Shown here in pieces: positions 23,570 through 33,586 of a DNA stretch of 64,000 nt. The DNA comes from a virus. Under the pieces are notes generated by a model, which had not been told where the DNA came from, made no database searches, and was given only the letters and a program-made list of their open reading frames with translations. Both the position numbers and the translations under genes were made by a program. Location: IMG/VR virus record IMGVR_UViG_3300041097_000006, one strand, 5' to 3'. Position 1 is the stretch's first letter. Each line of letters begins with the position of its first letter.

Positions 23570-25727
23570 CCCCGCGTCTGTCGTCGACATCGACTTTGAA
23601 ACCTACTCGGAAGCGGGGTTTCGGTTCGATGCTGCCGGCACCCCCCGGTCCCCGCTCGGGGACCACCCAAGCGCCAAGCGGGGGCTTCCCCTCGTAGGCG
23701 CTTGGGCCTACTCAGAGCATGAATCGACGCGCATACTGTGCTTGTGGTATCGATTTGCGGCCGGGGAATATCTCTCATGGGTGCCAGGGCTTCCGCCCCC
23801 GGAACCCCTGTTCCGGCACATCGCGCGGGGCGGGCTGGTCCGGGCGCACAATGACAGTTTCGAGTATGCCATCTGGCTGAACGTCGCACACCGTCGGATG
23901 GGCTGGCCCACTCTGCCCCGCGAGCAGCTGACAGACTCCGCGGCACAAGCCCGGGCCTGGGGTCTGCCGGGTTCGCTGGAAAATGCGGCTGCGGTACTGG
24001 GCCTGGCCCAGCAGAAGGACGCCGCCGGGGCCGCGGCCATGCGGAAGCTGTCCGTGCCGCGGCGCCCCACGAAAAACGACAGATCGCGCAGCGTTAGCCC
24101 GGAGGCTAGTCCGGGGGATTACCTCCGGCTTTATGCATACTGCAAACAGGACGTGGCGACGCAGCGGGCAGTATCGGACGCCTGCCCCCCCATCCCCGAG
24201 CCCGCCCTATTCCGGCTCGATCAGCAGATCAACACCCGTGGCATCTACGTTGACCGGCCGCTCGCCCTCGCATGCCAGCAGATTATTACGCAGGCCGCTC
24301 GCGCCTACACGGAGGAAATCCGCGACGTGACCCGGGGCGCGATTCAGGGACCGGGGCAGGTTTCGGCAATCCTGCAATGGCTCGGCGACCAGGGCGTGCG
24401 CCTGGAATCCCTGGACGACGAACACCTATCGCGGGCGCTGGCGGACCCCACGATTACCGGCACACCCCGCCGCGTGCTGGAAATCCGCGCGGCGATGGCG
24501 TCGGCCAGCGTCAAAAAAATCCCGGCTCTGCTACATCAGACCGGCCATGACAACCGCATACGCAATCTGTTTACGTACTGCGGGGCCGGGCGTACCCGGC
24601 GTTGGTCCGGGTCCGACCTCCAGCCGCAAAATCTACCGGGTTCCGGCCCGGACACCGTACGCTGCCGGGCGTGCGGCGCGGTACGGTGGGCGCGCGGGTA
24701 TTGCTGCCCCGCCCCCGACCCTACCCCCCTGGAGTGGGGCATCGACGGCATGGAGGCCGCCATCCCGGACCTGATGACCGGGGACTGGCGCTATGTCACC
24801 GGCAGGTGGGGCGATGCCCTCGGGGTCGTCGCCGGCTGCCTGCGCGGCATGCTGCGGGCGGCCCCCGGGCGTGACCTGATCGCATCCGATTTTTCGGCCA
24901 TCGAAGCGGTGGTACTCGCGGCACTGGCCGGGGAGGAGTGGCGCCTGGAGGTTTTCCGTACCCACGGGAAAATTTATGAAATGTCGGCGGCGAAAATTTC
25001 GGGCATCCCGTTCGAGGAATTCATTCGGCATAGGCAGGAGACCGGGCAGCACCATCCGCTACGTAAAAAAATCGGGAAGGTCGCCGAGCTGGCTTCGGGC
25101 TACCAGGGAGCGGTCGGCGCCTGGAAGCAATTCGGCGCCGACAAATTCATGGCCGATGATGAAATCGCCCGCAACGTCCGCCTGTGGCGTGAGGCGTCCC
25201 CGCGCATCGTGGACCTGTGGTATGGGCTGGAACGGTGCGCCATCGGGGCGCTTCAAAACCCCGGTACAGAGTACCGGCATCGTAGCATCCGGTACGTGTA
25301 CCGCGGAGGCGCGCTGTACTGCCTGCTGCCGTCGGGGGGGTATCTGACGTACCACAATCCCCGCATCGAGCTGGAGGACGGCCCGTATGGGCGCCGGGCG
25401 AAAATATGCTTTTGGGGTTGGAACACAAACCCGAAAAACGGCCCGGTAAACCGGTGGATCGAATACCGCACGTATGGCGGGAAGCTAACGGAAAATGTCA
25501 CACAAGCAACGGCGCGAGACTGGCTCGCGTGCGCAATGCTCCGCGTCGATGCCGCGGGGTATCCCATCGTCCTGCACGTCCACGACGAAATCGGCGCGGA
25601 GGTCCCGCAGGGGTGGGGGAGCGTTGAAGAACTTGAGGGGGTAATGGGCGCAGCCCCGTCCTGGGGCGCCGATTGGCCCATTCGGGCGGCCGGCGGCTGG
25701 CGGGGCCTGCGGTATCGGAAAGGATGA
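23562..25727 (+). CDS. Family A DNA polymerase (APSE-like) with 3'-5' exonuclease domain, Leu at E. coli PolA position 762
   Basis: DFETYS, AHN..FE, DFSAIEA (motif A), RKKIGKVAELASGYQG (motif B), LHVHDEI (motif C). Confidence 0.96.
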   Translation: MRDPASVVDIDFETYSEAGFRFDAAGTPRSPLGDHPSAKRGLPLVGAWAYSEHESTRILCLWYRFAAGEYLSWVPGLPPPEPLFRHIARGGLVRAHNDSFEYAIWLNVAHRRMGWPTLPREQLTDSAAQARAWGLPGSLENAAAVLGLAQQKDAAGAAAMRKLSVPRRPTKNDRSRSVSPEASPGDYLRLYAYCKQDVATQRAVSDACPPIPEPALFRLDQQINTRGIYVDRPLALACQQIITQAARAYTEEIRDVTRGAIQGPGQVSAILQWLGDQGVRLESLDDEHLSRALADPTITGTPRRVLEIRAAMASASVKKIPALLHQTGHDNRIRNLFTYCGAGRTRRWSGSDLQPQNLPGSGPDTVRCRACGAVRWARGYCCPAPDPTPLEWGIDGMEAAIPDLMTGDWRYVTGRWGDALGVVAGCLRGMLRAAPGRDLIASDFSAIEAVVLAALAGEEWRLEVFRTHGKIYEMSAAKISGIPFEEFIRHRQETGQHHPLRKKIGKVAELASGYQGAVGAWKQFGADKFMADDEIARNVRLWREASPRIVDLWYGLERCAIGALQNPGTEYRHRSIRYVYRGGALYCLLPSGGYLTYHNPRIELEDGPYGRRAKICFWGWNTNPKNGPVNRWIEYRTYGGKLTENVTQATARDWLACAMLRVDAAGYPIVLHVHDEIGAEVPQGWGSVEELEGVMGAAPSWGADWPIRAAGGWRGLRYRKG

Positions 25728-25734
25728 AAAAGCC

Positions 25735-26007
25735 TTGACTATACTTAAATCGCCAGCAACGAACCGGAGGCGCATCTTGAACAACGGGGCATGGGTATCG
25801 CTCGCTCTCGCAATCGGGCTTGCCGGGCTGGTTACGGTCCTGTCGGTTCAGCCAACCCCGGCAGAGACGTGCCGCGCTCAGGGGGCCGCGCTCGGTGTGC
25901 CCGTATTCACCTCGGATACAGGCCAATGCATGGTGGTATGGGGCGGCCGGGTTATGACGATGGAATCGTTGCAGCGGTTACTGACTGAACGATATGTGCG
26001 GGGGTGA
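25735..26007 (+). CDS. Small membrane-anchored hypothetical protein
   Basis: WVSLALAIGLAGLVTVLSV helix; start uncertain; last gene of the + strand block. Confidence 0.55.
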   Translation: MTILKSPATNRRRILNNGAWVSLALAIGLAGLVTVLSVQPTPAETCRAQGAALGVPVFTSDTGQCMVVWGGRVMTMESLQRLLTERYVRG

Positions 26008-26038
26008 AAAAAAAAAAACGCCCGGCGCTAGCCGGGCG
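26007..26038 (-). terminator. Rho-independent terminator ending the leftward late transcript
   Basis: Minus strand CGCCCGGC-TAGC-GCCGGGCG followed by 12 T, at the convergence point of the two transcription blocks. Confidence 0.85.
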
Positions 26039-26091
26039 AACCAGAGAGAAGCTTAGGCCGGCGGGCCCCGCCCGCCAGTGAAAATCCTACA

Positions 26092-27394
26092 TCAGACCTC
26101 CCTAACCCGCAAGCCCCAATACGGCCCGAACTGCCAGTTTTGAGACTGGTTATTGGGTAGCGCCGGGGTAGTGGCCGAGCCGTGCCGCAGGTAGATCCAC
26201 CCGTCATCCGCACGCCACCCCCCGTTCGGGTGGGATGGCGCCACGAACCCCGGCGGGGTCACGTCCTGGTACTCCCCTGTCCGCGGGTCGAATACCACCA
26301 CCGCATTCCGGGAGGGATCGATGGGCTCGGAGGGGAACTCCGCGCGCAGTTCGTCCGTGACGCCCGACCCGCTCAGACTGTACCGCGGGTACTCATAGAA
26401 CGGCCGGCACGCGAGGACGAATACATCAAGGGCGTCGTCGTAGCTCACGGCCCCGTCGATCATGACCATGGGGAGGTCGGGCAGCCGTTCGACCTCCAGG
26501 GTTTCGATGTTCACCCGATGCGCCGAGCGGGACCCCCACATGGTTTGTAGCGTGACCCCCGGGATACCGCGGAACGGGTACGCCGTAGCCTGCCGCTCCC
26601 GGCCGCCGAACACGTACATCCAGGGGCTGCTACGCCCCCGGAATCGCGCGTGGTTGCGCCACTGGTAGCGCGGCACCCACCCCGCCTCTGCCGCGTCGAG
26701 CAGGGCCACGTTGCGCACGCGCCAGGGCTGCGGCCCCTCGGGGTTGCGCTCTATGACCCAGCATCCCGACGCGGGCGAGTCGGAGCCGACACCGCCGTTC
26801 AGTACCAGCCATGCGTCTGCCCGCTCGCTGTAGTCGTAGGCCGGGTTGTAGCAGGCGTTCCCCGCATTGCCGCTCCACCACTGCTCGCGCGAGTCGTCCC
26901 GCAAGAAGTCGGCGAGGCCGGGCCCTGCCCAATCCTCCACGCCGTCGGGGCGTTTCCGGGGGCAATGCCACAGTCATGATTTTTCCAGATGGGGGCTGGC
27001 CGAATGGCCCGCCGTGCCCGAAGTCCCCGCCGTAGGAATAGACCCGCTTCGTCGTGGGGCACCATTCCAGGCAAACGTGTTTCGCCCCGCCATTCGGCGT
27101 GCCTGCCCAGGATGTGAACGGATTTACCTCCACGGGGATAGCCTGCTCGCGCCAGGATGCGCCTGCCCCCGGCGGCTCAGGTTCAGGTGCCGGCGGCTCA
27201 GGTTCAGGTGCCGGCGGCTCAGGTTCAGGTGCCGGCGGTACGCCCACCACCACCGGGGGCACCAGTGCGGCCAGTTCGCGCAGCTTCCGCAGCACGTCGG
27301 CATACTCCAGGGGGGCATCTTTCGCCCATTCCTCCACCACCTCAATTGCCATTGCTACCGCAACAGCGATCTGCCTACGGCGCGGCTCACTCAT
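26092..27394 (-). pseudogene. Kelch-like beta-propeller protein split by a frameshift near 26940-26985
   Basis: ORF from 27394 is protein-like to RVYSYGGD...SG, then turns Arg-rich; ORF 26092-26940 in another frame carries MYVFGG and ERLPDLP and has no SD. Confidence 0.55.
27169..27238. repeat. 21-bp tandem repeat x3.3 encoding a (PPAPEPE)n linker
   Basis: Unit CCGGCGGCTCAGGTTCAGGTG at 27169, 27190 and 27211, plus a partial fourth. Confidence 0.95.
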
Positions 27395-27858
27395 TTTTCG
27401 CCCTCCAGGTCCAGCGCGAACAGGTTGTGACGCATCATGATGCTAACTATTTTTTCGGCATACCGCGGGTCCGTAGCGTACCCTGCCTGCGCTACCCGGA
27501 GCGCAAACATCTGCGGGCTGCCGGCCAGGAATGCCTGCCGATATCGCGGGTTCCGAGACAGAAACAGCGCGTGGTCCGCGAGGCTCGCAGCCACGTCGGC
27601 GTACCGGCGCCACCCCGCGGTAACGGTCACCCACTCCCCGTCCTGGAATTCACGGGTGGGCAGATCAATGACCTCGCCGGCCCACCGGGGGCCTGCTTTT
27701 ATGCCAAACAGGTTGTTGGCTTCCCGCGCGAGCCGGGACCGCCCCCACGCGGATTCTAGGGCCGCCTGGGCAACGATGAACGACGCGGGGATTCCGTACT
27801 CCCGCATCGTGCGCACGGCGCCATCGCGCAGCCACTCAACGAACTCCAACGGTTTCAT
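27391..27858 (-). CDS. Endolysin, GH73 glucosaminidase (FlgJ-like)
   Basis: IVAQAALESAWG, NNLFGIKA, TREF, WRRY......SL.DHA.FL..NPRY, AGYATDPRYAEK; GGAGG SD before MKPLEF. Confidence 0.93.
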   Translation of the reverse strand: MKPLEFVEWLRDGAVRTMREYGIPASFIVAQAALESAWGRSRLAREANNLFGIKAGPRWAGEVIDLPTREFQDGEWVTVTAGWRRYADVAASLADHALFLSRNPRYRQAFLAGSPQMFALRVAQAGYATDPRYAEKIVSIMMRHNLFALDLEGEK

Positions 27859-27904
27859 CCGCTCTACCTCCAGCGCCTCCGCCACGCACTCCGCACAGCG
27901 GGCC

Positions 27905-28021
27905 TCAAACGCGATCCCGTGGGCGCACCGGGGCATGACGCTTACACTCACGTCCAAGGGCCGCCAACACCGCACCGGCGGCAACCATGGGGACGATCAC
28001 CAGCAGGGCCCACCAGATCAT
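27905..28021 (-). CDS. Putative 38-aa membrane peptide between holin and endolysin (absent from ORF track)
   Basis: Hand translation MIWWALLVIVPMVAAGAVLAALGRECKRHAPVRPRDRV; ATG overlaps the holin stop. Confidence 0.45.
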   Translation of the reverse strand: MIWWALLVIVPMVAAGAVLAALGRECKRHAPVRPRDRV

Positions 28022-28323
28022 TTTTCACCCCCGAATTTCCTACGCAAAACGAGGATAGCCAGCCGCTCCAGGCCGGAGGCCCCGAGGCTCGCCAGGGCGG
28101 ACGCGAGCCCCAGCTGGGCGAGGAACGGCAGGTCGGGCAGCCACACTAGCGCAAGCCCCGCACTCATGGCGATGCCCCCCGTACTGATCGCGCGGCCCAC
28201 GATGACGTGCCACGGCGGGGGGTCGCGCTCTGTCAGCACCTGCCCCGTGCCGATGGCGGCACCGATCAAACCGAACAAGCCGGCTTTCATCAAGTGCCAC
28301 AGCTGTGGGTCTTTCTCGTCCAT
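28018..28323 (-). CDS. Holin
   Basis: 101 aa, about three hydrophobic segments, basic C-terminus (RRKFGGEK), upstream of endolysin. Confidence 0.85.
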   Translation of the reverse strand: MDEKDPQLWHLMKAGLFGLIGAAIGTGQVLTERDPPPWHVIVGRAISTGGIAMSAGLALVWLPDLPFLAQLGLASALASLGASGLERLAILVLRRKFGGEK

Positions 28324-28333
28324 GGGGCTACCC

Positions 28334-29236
28334 TCACGTCATAATAATCATGGCGGGTTGTGCGGCCCCGCCGGAGACGGGCACCGTAAAAGTTTTCGTC
28401 TCACCGTTTGACCATGACACGCCGCTGAATGATGCCACGGAGACCCATGCACCGGCGGCATTGCGGTACTCAATCGTAAATGCGGTGGGCGCCTGGGTGG
28501 CCTGCGTCCCGCGGGCGCGCATCATGACTTCTGCGATCTCGTGCGCGGATTCGTCGTCCCAATCGTAGCCCACCCATTGCGGCAGGCCAGCGGCGGAGCT
28601 CCACTCCGTTGAGGTATTATCGTCGTGGCAGTTGTAGGAGCTGACGCTATCCTGCCCGAAATTACTGGAGCCGATGCCGTTTTCGGGGTCCGTAGCCGTA
28701 TCCGCCCCACCCGCCGAGGTGCGAAACTCCATCTCTGACAGACCTACCGCGGTGCCCGCCCCGACGGCGGAAACATTTACGCGCCACGCGCTTTTGTCCG
28801 CTAAGGCATTTTTCGGAAAGGTCTTCTGGTTATTGGCCTTCCAAGACGTAATGTCCGTCACGCTGAACAGCGCCGTCCAGGCCGAATTGTCGTCGGACCA
28901 TTGGAGCTCAAAATCCCGCGGGGACTGGTAGTCACTACCGTTCCGGCCCCCGATTAAAATTTCGGCTACATCGACCTCCCCGCCCGCACCGAAGTCGCAC
29001 TTGACCCATGCCGGCAGGGTAGTGTTACCCGCATGCCACTCCGTCGTGCTGTTGCCGTCGAATGCGTTGGCCACCGGGAGACCAAACCCCTCTGACGATG
29101 CTGATAGGGTTTTCCCCGCTGTAGAAATCGGCGTGCCGCCGCTGTCCCTAAACACCACTTCGGATAGCGAAGGGTACACCCCCGGGGTCGCCTGCACCGT
29201 CAGGTAGAGGCGCCAGTACCGATGCGCGGCCATCAA
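28334..29236 (-). CDS. Tail-associated protein with two tandem discoidin (F5/8 type C-like) domains
   Basis: Two repeats of W.......SE..FR...ASS....N.FD....TEW....LP.WV..D......VAE....R....P..F....W....S.T...W.....KTF. Confidence 0.75.
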   Translation of the reverse strand: MMAAHRYWRLYLTVQATPGVYPSLSEVVFRDSGGTPISTAGKTLSASSEGFGLPVANAFDGNSTTEWHAGNTTLPAWVKCDFGAGGEVDVAEILIGGRNGSDYQSPRDFELQWSDDNSAWTALFSVTDITSWKANNQKTFPKNALADKSAWRVNVSAVGAGTAVGLSEMEFRTSAGGADTATDPENGIGSSNFGQDSVSSYNCHDDNTSTEWSSAAGLPQWVGYDWDDESAHEIAEVMMRARGTQATQAPTAFTIEYRNAAGAWVSVASFSGVSWSNGETKTFTVPVSGGAAQPAMIIMT

Positions 29237-29961
29237 CGCGTCCCCGCTAGAATGAACCCCAGGTCCGCAAGTGTCGCATCCGGGGAGCTAGGCGATACCA
29301 CGGTAAGCACGTCTCCCGCCGCGAATGCCGTTTGGCTAGCCATGATGAACGTCGCCACCGTTGCCGCTGCGGCAAACCGCATCGTCCCTACGCTACTGCC
29401 GTTTTTCTGGATATCAAAATCCGTCTGTGCCGTCGCCGCCACACCAGCCACCCCCTGCGAGCCCGTGAGCCCCGCGGGAAACGTGACCGCGCGGGCGAGG
29501 GGGGCGCGCAGTAGCACCAGGCTCGCCGTGGGCGACCCGTTATACATGCTGCCGATGTCATAGGGCTGGGACACCCCGGACGACCCGGCCACGGCCTCCA
29601 GGCCATTCGCCGTCCCGTCGGAATAGAACAGGGCAATCCTGCCCGGCGCCATGGCGATGCTGGTAGATCCGCGGACAACACTGAACGGGTCGGAGTTACC
29701 CGCAGAGGCCCGCACGAGGAATGCGCGTTTGCCCTGCGGCACCGTCACGGTGCGGCCCGTCGTAGCGACCCCGGAAACATCCAGCAGCAGGGCGCGGGTA
29801 ATCTGCGCGGACGTGACCGTGGCATTCCCAGATGTCAGGTCAATAGCGAGGATTTCACAGATGGCATCGTCGAACGCCTCGAATGCCTGATTGGCGGTGA
29901 CTTCCTTCTGCGCCTGCGCGGTCTCGATATGCGTTACGAGTAGATTGCTTGTGGTCGTCAT
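29233..29961 (-). CDS. Tail fibre / receptor-binding adaptor (DUF2793-like N-terminus)
   Basis: TTSNL...IETAQAQKEVTANQAF..FD; beta-rich C-terminal domain; follows the tail tip gene. Confidence 0.7.
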   Translation of the reverse strand: MTTTSNLLVTHIETAQAQKEVTANQAFEAFDDAICEILAIDLTSGNATVTSAQITRALLLDVSGVATTGRTVTVPQGKRAFLVRASAGNSDPFSVVRGSTSIAMAPGRIALFYSDGTANGLEAVAGSSGVSQPYDIGSMYNGSPTASLVLLRAPLARAVTFPAGLTGSQGVAGVAATAQTDFDIQKNGSSVGTMRFAAAATVATFIMASQTAFAAGDVLTVVSPSSPDATLADLGFILAGTR

Positions 29962-32900
29962 AGTATCGCGTCCGTCGGATGGCCTGCTATAGAGGCGGCT
30001 AGTTGGTAGATGCGGAAGCCCACCGCAGACTGCGGGGTCCCGAAATCGCTGGTCTGCTCCCCGGCGAAGTAGGTTATCGTCGTAGCATCTTCGGGATACC
30101 AGGCACGTTTAAGCACCGTGAACCCCGTATCCCATGCCTCCACGACGTACTGTTCAAACGTCTCGCCGAGGCCGGCGTCTACCCCGTCCCGCCATTCCCC
30201 GTCGATGCGAGTGCGGCGTATCCATGTCACGGTAATATCCAGGGATACGTTCCGTGTAGCTGCAAGATGCACGGGGGATAGGGGGCGCAGGATGTTCCCC
30301 TGCAACGTGAACGTCTGCCCGGTCTCTTCGTCGATTGACCGCCCGGATGTTACGGGCACATACAGCTCGGGAACCCCCGCCTCCCCGTATCCCTGATCGA
30401 CTGCTACCAGCGTCGCGGCGTTCAACAGTACGAACGCCTCCCCCGCAGCGTGCGCGCCGAGTGCGTAGTCTGTGCCCTTCCGAGCGCGCAGAATCCCCGA
30501 TAGCGTGTAGGACCCCCCGCCGTTCGGTGTGGCGGTAGCGAATTGGATAATCTCCCCCGCCTCGGTCCATATGGCATTGGCGCCGTTCAGCACCGCCAGT
30601 TCCGTGGCGCTGCTCAGGCTCCCGACGTACACCGTTACTGTAATGTCGTTGTCGTAGTCGAAGATGTTCCCGGTGTAGCTGCCGGGCAGAGCCGTCTGCA
30701 CGACACCGTGGGTGGCCTCGCTGGTGAACAGGGCCCGCTCCGTGTATGTGGCGCCGCCGTCCAACGACGAATACAGCACGGCGCCGCGCCATCGCCCCGT
30801 CCCGCTGGACCCGGCCGCAACGTAAATCATCAGCGTGTTGTCCGCATCCCGCAGCGGAGGCACGTCCATCAAGAACGCCTCGGAGTACGCTAGTGGCTCG
30901 ATGACCCGGCTCGGGGGCTGCCGGCCTGACACCCCTACCCCAGCGGGGGTGTACACCTCCGTGCCCTCTAGTACCGCCTCCACCTCGATGCGGTGCGCCC
31001 CGACCGACGTGCGGGTAATCCGGCACGTTGCAAGCAGCCCGTCACGGGGTATGTCAAGCACATCAGTGGGGTCAAGCGCCAGGTGTTCCACCGGAAGCGT
31101 CAGTGAGAACGCATCCCTACCCTGCCACGCGAGGTATAGATTTACCTCGGCGATACGTTTCGCTTCCGTGTCGGTCAGGACGATAGGAAGGTCGAGAACT
31201 ACCTCGCCCTCTGACTCTACGGCTAGCCGCCGGTCATATTGAGTGCCCGGGTCATACTCCGCAGCAGCGTTGATGTATCGAACGCCGATTTCCCGCGGTA
31301 TCTCCAGCTCCCCAGTGCGCCGAACGTCTAGCACCGGGCGATCCCCCTCGCGCACTAGGCCGTCATACTCCAGGGACGCAACCGACGCCCCCCCACGGTT
31401 CACGAATTTCAGCACCCCATCGGACTCGGCGGCGTCGAACCAATACGCCTGTTGCAGGGGCTCGATCACCGCCCGCGCGGACGCGGGGCGGGTCTGCACG
31501 TACCCCGCCACAGACTGTGTGAGGGCCGTCACGTTGACGCGCGATGGGCCCAGGCCCACCCCCGCGGCCAGTTCGGAAACGATCTGAGATAACTGGATGG
31601 GCCCCCCCAGCTCGCGGTACATGAGGGACCCCGGGTTACCCGCGTCAATAGAGTAGACGCCGAGGCCCGCGCCAACCAAGGGGCCAAAGGGGCTCGTGAG
31701 GCCGCTGTACCCGATGCGGTATTTAATCGATCCGTCCGTCAAGTCGATGGCGATGACATCCGTATTACCGGTGTCCAGGGTCCACCACACGGAGGGCTCT
31801 AGCACGTCGGGCACTAGATACGCATCGGCGGAACCGTAGCTCGCAGCGAACTGCTGTACTACCGCCTCGGTAGCGATGTCCCATTCAACCACTGACGTGG
31901 GGGTAGCTATGACGAGAGAATTACGCCCCATGTCATACTTCACGTTCAGCAGGGTGCCGCCGTAACCGCTCAGGTCGAAGTCCGTGACCCCGCCCGAATC
32001 ACCCAGCCGTCGGAGGGTGGTGTTCTTCGGCTCGGTCGTGGGCGCCCGGGTTACCTGATAGAAATTCCCATCGTCATCTCGCGCTATCCGTGGGATGGCC
32101 GATAGCGCGGGGAAGGGGGTCACCGGAAGAGCGGTGCCAGACGGAATTGATATGGATCGGAGCTTACCCCCGCCGCCAGTGGAATAGATGTACGCAGTCT
32201 TGGCGGTATCCCCCCACCCCATCGTAATATCTGTGCTGATGAACGAATCGGGAAAATGCCGAACCGTAGTCACTAGCGACTTTTCTCTAACGTCTATGAC
32301 GTGGACATCAATGTTGTTCGGGCCACCCAGCGCCACCAGATACCGGGACGCCTTCCCATTCCCGCGAACCATTGGTATGCCTAGACCGTCCACCGTCAGC
32401 GTGTCTGTGACACTGCCGGTTGCCAGGTCGTAAAATATCAGTTCCCCATTAAATCGCAGGCCAACTAGGTATGGGGGCGCGTGTACTAGTGCCTGGTTGA
32501 CGAATGTATCCCCCGCCCACGAGTACTTCTCAGTAGCGGTAGCGCCGTCCGTGGCGACGACCTCGAACTGGAATGACGGGGGCCTATTGCCGAATTTCTC
32601 CAGCTCAAGCCCCTCAATCTCACACATCGCAACCCCACGGAACCCGGGTACGTTGCCTACCCCTTCGTAGGACTCGATCAGGGCGCTCGCCCCCTGCGTC
32701 TCGGTGCCGGTGGAAAACCGCATGCCGTTGGGCAGCACCTCCGAATCCACCCCCAGCCCTTCTTGGTCATAGACCAACAGGCCGTTGGCCCACACCCGGC
32801 GAACTCCAAGGATAGGCCCCTGGCATATAGCTAGGGCGATATCGACTGAATAGGTGTAGGTCGTAACGGTGCTGGTGGCGCTGCTACCCTTGCCCCCTGA

Positions 32901-33170
32901 TTCGGTTTTATGCTCGGTCTCGATCAGGTCGCTAGACCATATGACCACGCCAGGGACCGCAACGGTGCCCCACACTCGATGGAGGGGCGACCCGTAGGTG
33001 CTGTTTGTGACGCGCAGATCCTCGATCCGCGGCCCCTGCACGTTTGTCGATTCCGCGGTGATCGCGCCGCCAACGTACCCGCCAACCAGCCAGCCGATAC
33101 GCGCGCCCCAGGGGCCCCCGATGGCCCCGCCGATTACCGCGCCGACAATGGACAGGGCTAGCTGCGCCAT
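29958..33170 (-). CDS. GTA-type tail tip / host-specificity protein (1070 aa) with inserted beta-propeller-like region
   Basis: GPRIEDLRVTNSTYG..L.RVWGTV..PGVVIW, VPGFRGVA, F.NRPPSF.FEV, E.IQF..A..........LSG.LR.RKGT, W.RRTRI.G.W.DGVD..LGE..EQY. Confidence 0.9.
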   Translation of the reverse strand: MAQLALSIVGAVIGGAIGGPWGARIGWLVGGYVGGAITAESTNVQGPRIEDLRVTNSTYGSPLHRVWGTVAVPGVVIWSSDLIETEHKTESGGKGSSATSTVTTYTYSVDIALAICQGPILGVRRVWANGLLVYDQEGLGVDSEVLPNGMRFSTGTETQGASALIESYEGVGNVPGFRGVAMCEIEGLELEKFGNRPPSFQFEVVATDGATATEKYSWAGDTFVNQALVHAPPYLVGLRFNGELIFYDLATGSVTDTLTVDGLGIPMVRGNGKASRYLVALGGPNNIDVHVIDVREKSLVTTVRHFPDSFISTDITMGWGDTAKTAYIYSTGGGGKLRSISIPSGTALPVTPFPALSAIPRIARDDDGNFYQVTRAPTTEPKNTTLRRLGDSGGVTDFDLSGYGGTLLNVKYDMGRNSLVIATPTSVVEWDIATEAVVQQFAASYGSADAYLVPDVLEPSVWWTLDTGNTDVIAIDLTDGSIKYRIGYSGLTSPFGPLVGAGLGVYSIDAGNPGSLMYRELGGPIQLSQIVSELAAGVGLGPSRVNVTALTQSVAGYVQTRPASARAVIEPLQQAYWFDAAESDGVLKFVNRGGASVASLEYDGLVREGDRPVLDVRRTGELEIPREIGVRYINAAAEYDPGTQYDRRLAVESEGEVVLDLPIVLTDTEAKRIAEVNLYLAWQGRDAFSLTLPVEHLALDPTDVLDIPRDGLLATCRITRTSVGAHRIEVEAVLEGTEVYTPAGVGVSGRQPPSRVIEPLAYSEAFLMDVPPLRDADNTLMIYVAAGSSGTGRWRGAVLYSSLDGGATYTERALFTSEATHGVVQTALPGSYTGNIFDYDNDITVTVYVGSLSSATELAVLNGANAIWTEAGEIIQFATATPNGGGSYTLSGILRARKGTDYALGAHAAGEAFVLLNAATLVAVDQGYGEAGVPELYVPVTSGRSIDEETGQTFTLQGNILRPLSPVHLAATRNVSLDITVTWIRRTRIDGEWRDGVDAGLGETFEQYVVEAWDTGFTVLKRAWYPEDATTITYFAGEQTSDFGTPQSAVGFRIYQLAASIAGHPTDAIL

Positions 33171-33586
33171 GGCTCAACCCCACGCAGGCGCCACACGGAC
33201 ATGAGGCGCACCCGCCACCTGCTGTCAAACGTGGTCTCTACACACCGGCCCACGCGTTCCCACGCGTGGATCAGAGTTAGCCCCTCCGGGCTGTCCCCGA
33301 ATATACCGACGTGCTGCGGGTCGCGGCGCCACCGGAACAGCCCGATGGCCCCCGGCTCCGGCGTAGAGACCCGCTCGCAGTACGCCGAAATGTGAGCCAG
33401 CAGCACCCTAGGGTCCGGGGTGCGCGCATAGCTCCGGTAATCCCGCTCGACCAGCCCCAGGGCCGCCCCGGCTCCGATCGCCACGCCGACACAATCGACC
33501 CCCTCGCCCAACCTGCGGCCCTGGTGTTCCCAGGGCGTACCGATCCACCGCCGGGCCTCGCGGATCACGTCCGCCGCCGAGGTCAT
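33158..33586 (-). CDS. NlpC/P60 tail-associated peptidase
   Basis: ARRWIGTPWEHQGR...GVDCVG, QHVGI, LIHA. Confidence 0.92.
   Translation of the reverse strand: MTSAADVIREARRWIGTPWEHQGRRLGEGVDCVGVAIGAGAALGLVERDYRSYARTPDPRVLLAHISAYCERVSTPEPGAIGLFRWRRDPQHVGIFGDSPEGLTLIHAWERVGRCVETTFDSRWRVRLMSVWRLRGVEPWRS

Noticed and set aside
27169-27238. 21-bp tandem repeat as a mini-CRISPR or DGR element
   Set aside because: No spacers, in-frame Pro/Glu linker coding, and no reverse transcriptase in the genome.
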